IMG/VR virus record: IMGVR_UViG_3300013132_000036 | Span: 20,524-84,523 of that record | From: a virus | Reading direction: 5' to 3' (one strand) | DNA: 64,000 bases | Part shown: piece by piece, positions 1-6,358 of the stretch | Position numbering within the stretch: position 1 is the stretch's first letter | Layout: every line of letters starts with the position of its first letter | The notes under the pieces: generated by a model | The model's input: the letters and a program-made list of their open reading frames with translations, nothing else | The model's database searches: none | What the model was told of the DNA's origin: nothing | Program-made: the position numbers and the translations under genes

Positions 1-141
1 AATAGACCAATCTTTAAAATCGAACCCATATCTTTCCTGAAGTTCTTTTTGCTTGTTGTAAATTAATCCTAAAGTGTCTTCCGACCCTGTGTAAAAATCC
101 TCCACAGGAAGATCCGAACATTTGTTATCTGTGTTTGCCAT
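1..141 (-). CDS. 5' part of a gene running off the window; possibly dimeric dUTPase/dCTPase (T4 gp56-like)
   Basis: Own translation from ATG at 141: MANTDNKCSDLPVEDFYTGSEDTLGLIYNKQKELQERYGFDFKDWSI, open to the window edge. 'L..IY.KQKELQ' resembles the first helix of all-alpha dUTPases; catalytic motifs not visible. Confidence 0.4.
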   Translation of the reverse strand, partial: MANTDNKCSDLPVEDFYTGSEDTLGLIYNKQKELQERYGFDFKDWSI

Positions 142-144
142 AAT

Positions 145-1551
145 TTATGATTTTGCTTTTATTGCTTTTTTAATTTTTTCTATTTCTTTCTCACATTCAA
201 AATATTTCTTCTTAGTAGCTTTTCTCTGTGCATAAAGGCCTTTTAATATTTCTCTAAGTATTGGTTCTTGTCCATCCTTATTGTAGAATACAGCACCGGA
301 AGATGTTTTGATTGCGCCCTCCGGTATTTCTTTTAAGTTCTTGCCTATGTAAGCTTCCGGTGAAATTCCCCACTGCATCATAGTATTAGGATACAGGGAA
401 GCAAAGTCAAAACAAGCTATCCATTCATATAATCCTTTTTCGGGCTTCTTTACATAAGCCCCCTCGAATTTCACATGGGATTCTCCTTTTCTTTCGTTTA
501 CTATAACTTTTTTTCTTTCTAAGAATTTTCTTAACATTAATACCTCAGTAGTCCATACTGGCGAAAGGGCACGATTTATTTCAACTCTACTAACTTCAGC
601 TATTTTAAAGAAAGTGGAAAGTGTATCCAATCTTTTATCTATATAGTGGACTAAAGCGCAGTCTACTGCATTATAGAATATAAAAGTTTCAAAATCAGAT
701 TCATATAAATCTTTCAATGTTCCACTGTAAGATATTTTCTTTATTCCTATAGCTTGGTTTGCCACATAATCTAAGGAATTAGATTCTCTAATTTTTATAA
801 CCCTATCCCATTTCTTATAGATGTCTAGGTAATCCACCATTAAAATGTGCATTGGTATCTGATTCATTCCTAAAAGAATACCGCTAGGTGAAGCTATCTT
901 AGGGTCAATCCCTAATCTTTTTGCTCTGTTAATAAGATAAGGCCAATCATATCCGAACCAGTTCCATCCAGTTATCAAAGGCATCTTAGGAACTAGCTTA
1001 GAAAGAAAAGTGTAAAGCATATCAAATTCTGTTTCGAATTTTCTATAATTAAAAGACCATTCTCCTGGCTGGTCTTTAAAGTGTTCCTTTATCCTCTTTT
1101 CTATTTTTAATATTCTATCTTGTGAGATGTCCTCAAGTCCGATAACAAGTATTTTCCCGTGGGAAGAAGCCATCCCTATCGAAAGAACCCTATTCTTTGA
1201 ATTTTCAGTATCTAATGAATCTTCACGATTATCAGTTATTTCTACCTCTATATCGACAAAGTATTTTTTAGGGGTCTGATAATCCCAAAGAGGCTTTGTT
1301 ATTTCCGGATCTATAGCTTCCAATATTTCTACCACCCTATACTTGTCAAACTTGCTAGTAGTAACTTTCTTCACAGGAAAATTGTCCCACGATCTCCATT
1401 CCTTATCCTTATTTTTATCATTCTCTGATGTCTTTTGCCAAACGAATTTTAAATGCTTAGGTACCTGTATTTTTAATAGATTAACTTCTCCCTCTTCAGT
1501 ATAATGGGAAACAGATAATCCATTTCCTGTATTCTCAATATCTATGATCAT
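145..1551 (-). CDS. gp43: Family B DNA polymerase, N-terminal subunit (exonuclease + palm motif A), gp43A-like
   Basis: ExoI FVDIEV, ExoII GWNWFGYDWPYL, ExoIII YNAVD, FEGAYV, motif A DFASLYP; ends after the first fingers helix (QRKATKKK); motifs B and C (YGDTDS) absent. Confidence 0.92.
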   Translation of the reverse strand: MIIDIENTGNGLSVSHYTEEGEVNLLKIQVPKHLKFVWQKTSENDKNKDKEWRSWDNFPVKKVTTSKFDKYRVVEILEAIDPEITKPLWDYQTPKKYFVDIEVEITDNREDSLDTENSKNRVLSIGMASSHGKILVIGLEDISQDRILKIEKRIKEHFKDQPGEWSFNYRKFETEFDMLYTFLSKLVPKMPLITGWNWFGYDWPYLINRAKRLGIDPKIASPSGILLGMNQIPMHILMVDYLDIYKKWDRVIKIRESNSLDYVANQAIGIKKISYSGTLKDLYESDFETFIFYNAVDCALVHYIDKRLDTLSTFFKIAEVSRVEINRALSPVWTTEVLMLRKFLERKKVIVNERKGESHVKFEGAYVKKPEKGLYEWIACFDFASLYPNTMMQWGISPEAYIGKNLKEIPEGAIKTSSGAVFYNKDGQEPILREILKGLYAQRKATKKKYFECEKEIEKIKKAIKAKS

Positions 1552-1591
1552 ATCTATTTTATAGTGTTATAGGGAAGAGGTTTCAAAAAGG

Positions 1592-1599
1592 AATATATA
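1592..1599 (+). promoter_or_regulatory. Candidate late promoter AATATATA
   Basis: 4 nt upstream of GTG at 1604; one of about ten (G/A)ATATATA copies in front of gene starts. Confidence 0.5.
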
Positions 1600-1603
1600 A
1601 TAG

Positions 1604-1909
1604 GTGAAAAAAATTCTATCTTTCAAATTATTTGAAGACGTTTATCTAAAAGACATAAATCCTTTTGATGGAGAAAGAAAATATACTCCTGGCCTCAGAT
1701 TTGCCAACAGGGACGAAGCTATTAAATCAATTAAAAAGATCCAAGAAATGCTAGATCGTAAAGAAATAGAATTAAAGGATGCAATTATAGCTTCTTATAT
1801 AATGTCAAAAAGAGCGGAGTTACATAAATCCCAAAAATCGGGAATCAAAGAGGGAGGACTTGTCTGGAAAGATTATCTGGAACAGCTTAAAAAGAAAGAA
1901 TCAATCTAG
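1604..1909 (+). CDS. Hypothetical protein with capsid-targeting-like N-terminus
   Basis: 101 aa, starts MKKILSFKLFE; preceded by AATATATA. Confidence 0.7.
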   Translation: MKKILSFKLFEDVYLKDINPFDGERKYTPGLRFANRDEAIKSIKKIQEMLDRKEIELKDAIIASYIMSKRAELHKSQKSGIKEGGLVWKDYLEQLKKKESI

Positions 1910-2491
1910 TTATTTGTTCGATTTAAAGTAGGAAACAAATTTGTTAACTATATCCATAAAATTGTATTCGTCTGTGGTGACAGGAGTAATTGCCTTAGAT
2001 TTCTTACTCCAATCATTTAAGTATTTATAGAAAACTTTAAATGAGGGAGATAACTGATCTTTCTCTTCACTCTTATTAACTTCCTTAATAGATTTAGTGA
2101 ATCCCATCATAAATCGGTCCACCGCATTCTTATCAATTTTCTCAAGATCGCAGTAATCAAAGAATGAAACTAATATGTCCCACATATTATCTGGGGTAAT
2201 ATCAGGAAATCCCTTTTTTACCCTATCTGATCCTAGTGCAGTTGTTATTTTGCACTCACAAACGGATTTTTTATCTGCTGAATTTTCTTTGCCTGAATAA
2301 AAATCTATCCTAGCCTCTTCCTTAATGCCCTTTTTATTGTATATGATAGAGAACGTTCCGTTTTTACTAAAAACTAAATATCCATTTTCCTCTTTCTTCT
2401 CGAATGATGATTCATTGCTTATTATTGCCCAATTAGTTGTTACCATTTGGAGCTTTTCAAAAAGTTGTTGAAATGTAAATAAATGATTCAT
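1910..2491 (-). CDS. Hypothetical protein with capsid-targeting-like N-terminus
   Basis: 193 aa, starts MNHLFTFQQLFE; AATATATA at 2496-2503 on the minus strand. Confidence 0.7.
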   Translation of the reverse strand: MNHLFTFQQLFEKLQMVTTNWAIISNESSFEKKEENGYLVFSKNGTFSIIYNKKGIKEEARIDFYSGKENSADKKSVCECKITTALGSDRVKKGFPDITPDNMWDILVSFFDYCDLEKIDKNAVDRFMMGFTKSIKEVNKSEEKDQLSPSFKVFYKYLNDWSKKSKAITPVTTDEYNFMDIVNKFVSYFKSNK

Positions 2492-2495
2492 GTAG

Positions 2496-2503
2496 TATAT
2501 ATT
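2496..2503 (-). promoter_or_regulatory. Candidate late promoter AATATATA
   Basis: 4 nt upstream of ATG at 2491. Confidence 0.5.
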
Positions 2504-2504
2504 A

Positions 2505-2888
2505 CTAAATCGATTCTAAATACATTTTAAGTTTCTTGTCTTTAGGAATAAATGATGTTTCTTTTTTTATAAAGATCCTCCAGGCTTCTCTTCCGTAATC
2601 CCCTATCCCCGGAAACTTAAACGGGTCTCTTACTCCAGATTCCCAGGCATTTGAGAAATTTTTTATCCTTTTCGCTTTTACGTTTTGAAATCCTGTTGTT
2701 TTTATAAAATCAGAAATAGTTAAGTCATCCTCAGCTATTAAAGATTTAGGATTTGGCCATTTTTTAAAGAAGTTTTCTATCAGAGGCCTTACCTGTTTGT
2801 TACTAGTTTGATTAAGTAATATACAACACACTAAAACTTTCCACGGATCATTAGAGTATTCTTCCTGTATTATCTTAATTCTTTGCAC
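2505..2888 (-). CDS. MBD4-like HhH-GPD DNA glycosylase (minimal catalytic domain)
   Basis: DPWKVLVCCILLNQTS, FFKKWPNP, HhH GIGDYGREAWRIF and PKDKKL parallel the MBD4 glycosylase domain (DPWKLLIATIFLNRTS...GIGKYGNDSYRIF...PEDHKL), catalytic Asp retained. Confidence 0.85.
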   Translation of the reverse strand: MQRIKIIQEEYSNDPWKVLVCCILLNQTSNKQVRPLIENFFKKWPNPKSLIAEDDLTISDFIKTTGFQNVKAKRIKNFSNAWESGVRDPFKFPGIGDYGREAWRIFIKKETSFIPKDKKLKMYLESI

Positions 2889-2913
2889 ATAGCTAAATTA
2901 AGAAAAATAAATA

Positions 2914-3381
2914 TTACTGATTTGATTTTGATGCTTTTTGAAAAGTTTTAAAGTCCATTAAAGAATTACTTATCGGATTTGGGGTTTCTTTAGATATCTT
3001 TTTCTTCTTTTTTTTAGCTGCTGGAGTACCTACAGTTAAGCTAGGAAATTGATCTCCGGATCCCGTTCTTCCTGGTCCAGGAGGTACAACGTTACCCATA
3101 CCAGGTGTTCCAGCCAAAGATGCCATAGCACCTCCGCTCTCTTCAAGTTCACTAGAGATTTTATCTTTAAATACTCTATACATTCCCCTTTCTCCCTCTA
3201 TAACATATCCTATTACTTCACCTACACTGTTCCTAATAGAATCATCAACCCTACCACTTCTCCCGTCTACAAGAGAAACTCTCTTACCAACTAAAGGATC
3301 CTGATCATATTTAGAAGCCCTGTGTGAATCGTAGCTTCTAATGTTATCTGTGACTCCGCCACATCCGCAATCTTCGCTCAT
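2914..3381 (-). CDS. Hypothetical protein (SH3-like N-terminal part, Gly/Pro linker, basic tail)
   Basis: 155 aa; LVGKRVSLVDGRSGRV strand pattern; LEES; C-terminal LMDFKTF. Confidence 0.65.
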   Translation of the reverse strand: MSEDCGCGGVTDNIRSYDSHRASKYDQDPLVGKRVSLVDGRSGRVDDSIRNSVGEVIGYVIEGERGMYRVFKDKISSELEESGGAMASLAGTPGMGNVVPPGPGRTGSGDQFPSLTVGTPAAKKKKKKISKETPNPISNSLMDFKTFQKASKSNQ

Positions 3382-3382
3382 A

Positions 3383-3727
3383 TTATTTTTTTATTTTAGT
3401 TATAAATTCTCTATAATCTGAAAGATTTTGCATCTTCCTAGCTTTAGATTTTTTCGGTGTATTCGATTCTGGACTAAGGTGCGGAATAATAGTAGCTATT
3501 CCTTCTTCAATCTCTTCTGGTAATTTTTTATGTTTTGTACTAGCATAATCCTTAAGAGCTTTCTTCTTCATATTATTAGCTATCTCCACTATAGTTTCCC
3601 TATATGCTGAATCTATTTTCCTTGGATTTAATCCCTCTTTTCCGTTCGTGTCCATCCACTTACGTACTCCGTGTGCTTGCCCCATGAGTCTCTGTTGTGT
3701 TCTTGAAACAGATTTCTCGTTTAACAT
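3383..3727 (-). CDS. DUF3008-like small basic protein; probable 3' half of an interrupted gene
   Basis: KSVSRTQQRLMG...MKKKALKDYASTKHKKLPE resembles DUF3008 (KS.AQQ...ASTK.KGLPE); ATG overlaps the endonuclease stop. Confidence 0.6.
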   Translation of the reverse strand: MLNEKSVSRTQQRLMGQAHGVRKWMDTNGKEGLNPRKIDSAYRETIVEIANNMKKKALKDYASTKHKKLPEEIEEGIATIIPHLSPESNTPKKSKARKMQNLSDYREFITKIKK

Positions 3728-4497
3728 AATTTATTTATTATTATTTCCTTAACTTCCTCCGGTCTATTTTCTATTAAGCTACCATCAAATCTAATAACTT
3801 CATACCCCATATCCTTTAGCTTTTTAGTTTGTATTAAGTCTTTTTCTCTCCTCCCTGGTAAATTGTGCCAATAGTCGCCATCAGCAAATATTAATGTTTT
3901 ATTTATTTTAAAATCAGCTATAGATATATTTTTTATAACATGCTGTGAATCGTATTTTATACCAAGATCGATTATTATTTTCTCGATGATTCTTTCTATA
4001 TTAGTGGAAGATTTATTTGAGAATTTTACTATCCCGATACAATGACATTTTCTAGAGCAATATATAGCTGGGGATTTATAATTTTCAGATCTTTCGAAAA
4101 AAGAATCACAAATAACACATTTATGTTGAATCATATTAACCCTGTTTTTACCTTTTAATTCTGAATGTATTCTTTCTAAAGAACATTTCTTATTACAATA
4201 TTTTCTTTTAGAATTTTTTCTAACCTCAAAAGTATTATTACAATTTACACAATTTCTTTCTTCCCTAGGTATCCACATATGATGTAATTCATTCTTTCTA
4301 CCTTTTTTTGATTTTGATTCAATATTACTAGAAGAATCTATAAACTTTTTTAAAAACTCAGGGTCCTCCATCCTTTTTTTACCATTAAATATTCCGTTGC
4401 ACGATCTAGAACAAAAAATTTTACGTATAATATCCCTTCTATTCCGTATATTTAATATAGAGCTACAATTCTTACAATATTTTATATCGTATTTCAT
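3721..4497 (-). mobile_element. Free-standing homing-endonuclease-like gene: Zn-ribbon repeats + Vsr/DUF559 PD-(D/E)XK nuclease
   Basis: Three CxxC...CS/CNxxC modules, then TNIERII...IADF...FADGDYWH...KD...GYEVIRF; likely start ATG 4497 (MKYDIKYC), TAATG-coupled to the upstream stop (track start 4548). Confidence 0.8.
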
Positions 4498-4670
4498 TAA
4501 GTTTTTTGGAATTTTGGTTTTTTCTTTATATATTCGTTCCATGTCCAAATAAATCTTCTATAGTTATTCTTAACTATATTAAAACCAGTATCTCCTTTAG
4601 GAATCTTTACTGGGGAAACTGGAGGTTCGTATGAACTAGTTTCTGCTGAACTTCTTTTCGTTTTACCCAT
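4497..4670 (-). CDS. 57-aa ORF missing from the track; probable 5' half of the gene interrupted by the endonuclease
   Basis: MGKTKRSSAETSSYEPPVSPVKIPKGDTGFNIVKNNYRRFIWTWNEYIKKKPKFQKT*; A-rich leader, GATATATA 42 nt upstream. Confidence 0.65.
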   Translation of the reverse strand: MGKTKRSSAETSSYEPPVSPVKIPKGDTGFNIVKNNYRRFIWTWNEYIKKKPKFQKT

Positions 4671-4691
4671 TTCTTTTATTTACAATGGGAC

Positions 4692-4729
4692 AAAAAAATC
4701 CCGGTAGTATATTATATATCCTACCGGGA
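4692..4729 (-). terminator. Intrinsic terminator with the late-promoter motif in its loop
   Basis: Perfect 9-bp stem TCCCGGTAG (4699-4707)/CTACCGGGA (4721-4729), then 7 U on the minus strand (4692-4698); loop contains GATATATA (4713-4720). Confidence 0.75.
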
Positions 4730-4747
4730 AATTAATAAAGAATTTTC

Positions 4748-4978
4748 TTATCCTCGAATGTGTATCACAGATTCGATTTTAGACTGAGCTACAGAAGTAA
4801 CTTCAAAATCTAAATGTGCAGTTGCATTATCACCAGCTAGATGCTTGTGTACAGTTGTTTCTGCATCAGTTACACTTTCAGCTTCAACTAAGATCTCAGA
4901 CTTAGATGCTTTTGCTTTACCGGTACTTTTAGAAACATCTCCAGTAAAAAAGCTAACTTTACAAATATAATAACTCAT
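4748..4978 (-). CDS. DUF4494-family protein (Bacteroidetes-associated)
   Basis: YYICKVSF...GKAK...EILVEAESVTDAE...FEVTSVAQSKIESV fits the family pattern (W/YF.CKV...YLV.A.S.TEAE). Confidence 0.7.
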   Translation of the reverse strand: MSYYICKVSFFTGDVSKSTGKAKASKSEILVEAESVTDAETTVHKHLAGDNATAHLDFEVTSVAQSKIESVIHIRG

Positions 4979-4983
4979 AAAGA

Positions 4984-5163
4984 TTAAGCTTTAGTGTTTT
5001 TAGTTTCTTGTACATTAACTCTTAAATCCTGAGCTAATTTCTTAAGCTCTTGACAAGCTGTTCTTACACGTGTACCAGCAGACTTGTTTCCTTTTACATA
5101 GAAAGCTTCCGTGTCTTTTTCCATGCTTGCTACTAATTCCTTGATTTTTTCGTAATTTTCCAT
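4984..5163 (-). CDS. Histone H1-like protein Hc1 family (short Bacteroidetes type), missing from the track
   Basis: Own translation MENYEKIKELVASMEKDTEAFYVKGNKSAGTRVRTACQELKKLAQDLRVNVQETKNTKA; signature GNK(S/A)AGTR.R. Confidence 0.85.
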   Translation of the reverse strand: MENYEKIKELVASMEKDTEAFYVKGNKSAGTRVRTACQELKKLAQDLRVNVQETKNTKA

Positions 5164-5188
5164 TGTTAAATATTTTATTATTCTACTG

Positions 5189-5196
5189 CAAATCTA
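5189..5196 (-). promoter_or_regulatory. Bacteroidetes-type housekeeping promoter -7 element (TAnnTTTG)
   Basis: TAGATTTG on the minus strand, 25 nt upstream of the Hc1 ATG. Confidence 0.5.
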
Positions 5197-5241
5197 TTAA
5201 AATGTTTCATTTTTTAAAGGATTTGGTAAAAAAAATATAAT

Positions 5242-5553
5242 TTATTCGTTTACGCTGGAAGCTTTTAGGATTCTTTTACCTAGAGTAGTTAGAGAGAAAT
5301 AGTTTGCTTCTTCCTCTTGGACTTTATATCTGATATATTTTTTTTGTCCTCTAACCCAATTCATGGAAGGCTTCCTTCCTGAAGCATCTTCTGGTACGCT
5401 ATCTAAGAATTCCGTAAGCTCTCTTTTGGTTACTTTCTCCTTCTCTCCTATAAAGGAAAGAACTTTTATTGTTGTGGCAGATGGTTTAGCCCAAGCTATT
5501 GGAATCCTAGATTCATTTATAAATTCTTTATATGAAAGAATATTACTAATCAT
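5242..5553 (-). CDS. Hypothetical protein, capsid-targeting-like N-terminus, possible winged helix
   Basis: MISNILSYKEFINES; KVTKRELTEFL...YFSLTTLGKRIL resembles a wHTH wing. Confidence 0.65.
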   Translation of the reverse strand: MISNILSYKEFINESRIPIAWAKPSATTIKVLSFIGEKEKVTKRELTEFLDSVPEDASGRKPSMNWVRGQKKYIRYKVQEEEANYFSLTTLGKRILKASSVNE

Positions 5554-6082
5554 GATCCCTTCTAGTATAAATTAAAGTTTCCTCATCAGGTCCTTCTTGA
5601 ACGCTCCATTTTTCATAGCTCCATTCTCCCATTAATGTTTCTACTCTGTCTTTATACTCTGAAAAATCAATATTTAGATTCATAGTAATCTCATCATAGA
5701 TTTTAGAGACCTTAGGATTATTTTGTAAATAGTCTTTTATTGCTTCACTCAGGATTCGGTAAAATCTCATGAACTCTGATCTGGTAAGATTGAAATCGTC
5801 ATCCTCTCTAGATTTGTAATCAGTATCATTTACTAAATAGTCATCAAGTATTCCAATTTTAATTGGCTCCACTGATAAAACACAATAACTATTTTCTGCT
5901 TCATCTATAGAAGATCCCCTGGAAAGTTTACCTATATTAATAATAAATCCTAGATTTTCCTCCTCGCCCTCTATTTTAAAGTAGTACTTGGAAACCTTCC
6001 CGTCTTTCTTTTTAGCAAAGAAGTCTCTTCCGAAACCATCTTCTTCCATTAAAAAATTCTCAAATAATTTTATATGCTTCAT
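5546..6082 (-). CDS. Hypothetical acidic protein, capsid-targeting-like N-terminus
   Basis: MKHIKLFENFLMEE; 178 aa, overlaps the next gene. Confidence 0.7.
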   Translation of the reverse strand: MKHIKLFENFLMEEDGFGRDFFAKKKDGKVSKYYFKIEGEEENLGFIINIGKLSRGSSIDEAENSYCVLSVEPIKIGILDDYLVNDTDYKSREDDDFNLTRSEFMRFYRILSEAIKDYLQNNPKVSKIYDEITMNLNIDFSEYKDRVETLMGEWSYEKWSVQEGPDEETLIYTRRDHD

Positions 6083-6084
6083 AA

Positions 6085-6357
6085 TTAACTATCTCCTTTT
6101 CTTGGAAAAATTGCGGATGTGTTAGGAATATATCCTTTTTTCTTTCTCTTGAATATTTCACCTCTAACAATGTTTCCATAGTATTTATCTATAAGGTTCC
6201 ATCCTTCCTCTAACTCTTGTAAATCTACATCATCTAATTTAGAAAACTCCTCCTTAACTAGATTTATCCTTTCCATAGCCTCTTCTAAAAGTTTTTTACT
6301 ATTAGAAAGGTCATACTTATAGGTATGACCCTCTTTTATTTGGCTATATTTTTTCAT
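6085..6357 (-). CDS. Hypothetical protein
   Basis: 90 aa, tightly packed; starts MKKYSQIKE. Confidence 0.6.
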   Translation of the reverse strand: MKKYSQIKEGHTYKYDLSNSKKLLEEAMERINLVKEEFSKLDDVDLQELEEGWNLIDKYYGNIVRGEIFKRKKKGYIPNTSAIFPRKGDS

Positions 6358-6358
6358 T

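Noticed and set aside
145-260. Split intein or recoded stop at the end of polB
   Set aside because: No intein block A after the Cys in ECEKEIEK; the stop is TAA and an unrelated gene follows at once
2891-2898. TAATTTAG upstream of the glycosylase as a Bacteroidetes -7 element
   Set aside because: One mismatch to TAnnTTTG, only 2 nt from the ATG, in very AT-rich sequence; too weak to call
2505-4497. MBD4-like glycosylase plus Vsr-like nuclease as a joint G:T repair system
   Set aside because: The nuclease has Zn-ribbon repeats and an insertion context typical of homing endonucleases; two genes separate them and no methyltransferase is nearby
3725-4529. Group I intron around the Vsr/DUF559 nuclease
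   Set aside because: The U and G boundary bases fit, but the nuclease ORF fills all but ~30 nt and I see no P3-P7 core; kept as an intron-less insertion hypothesis
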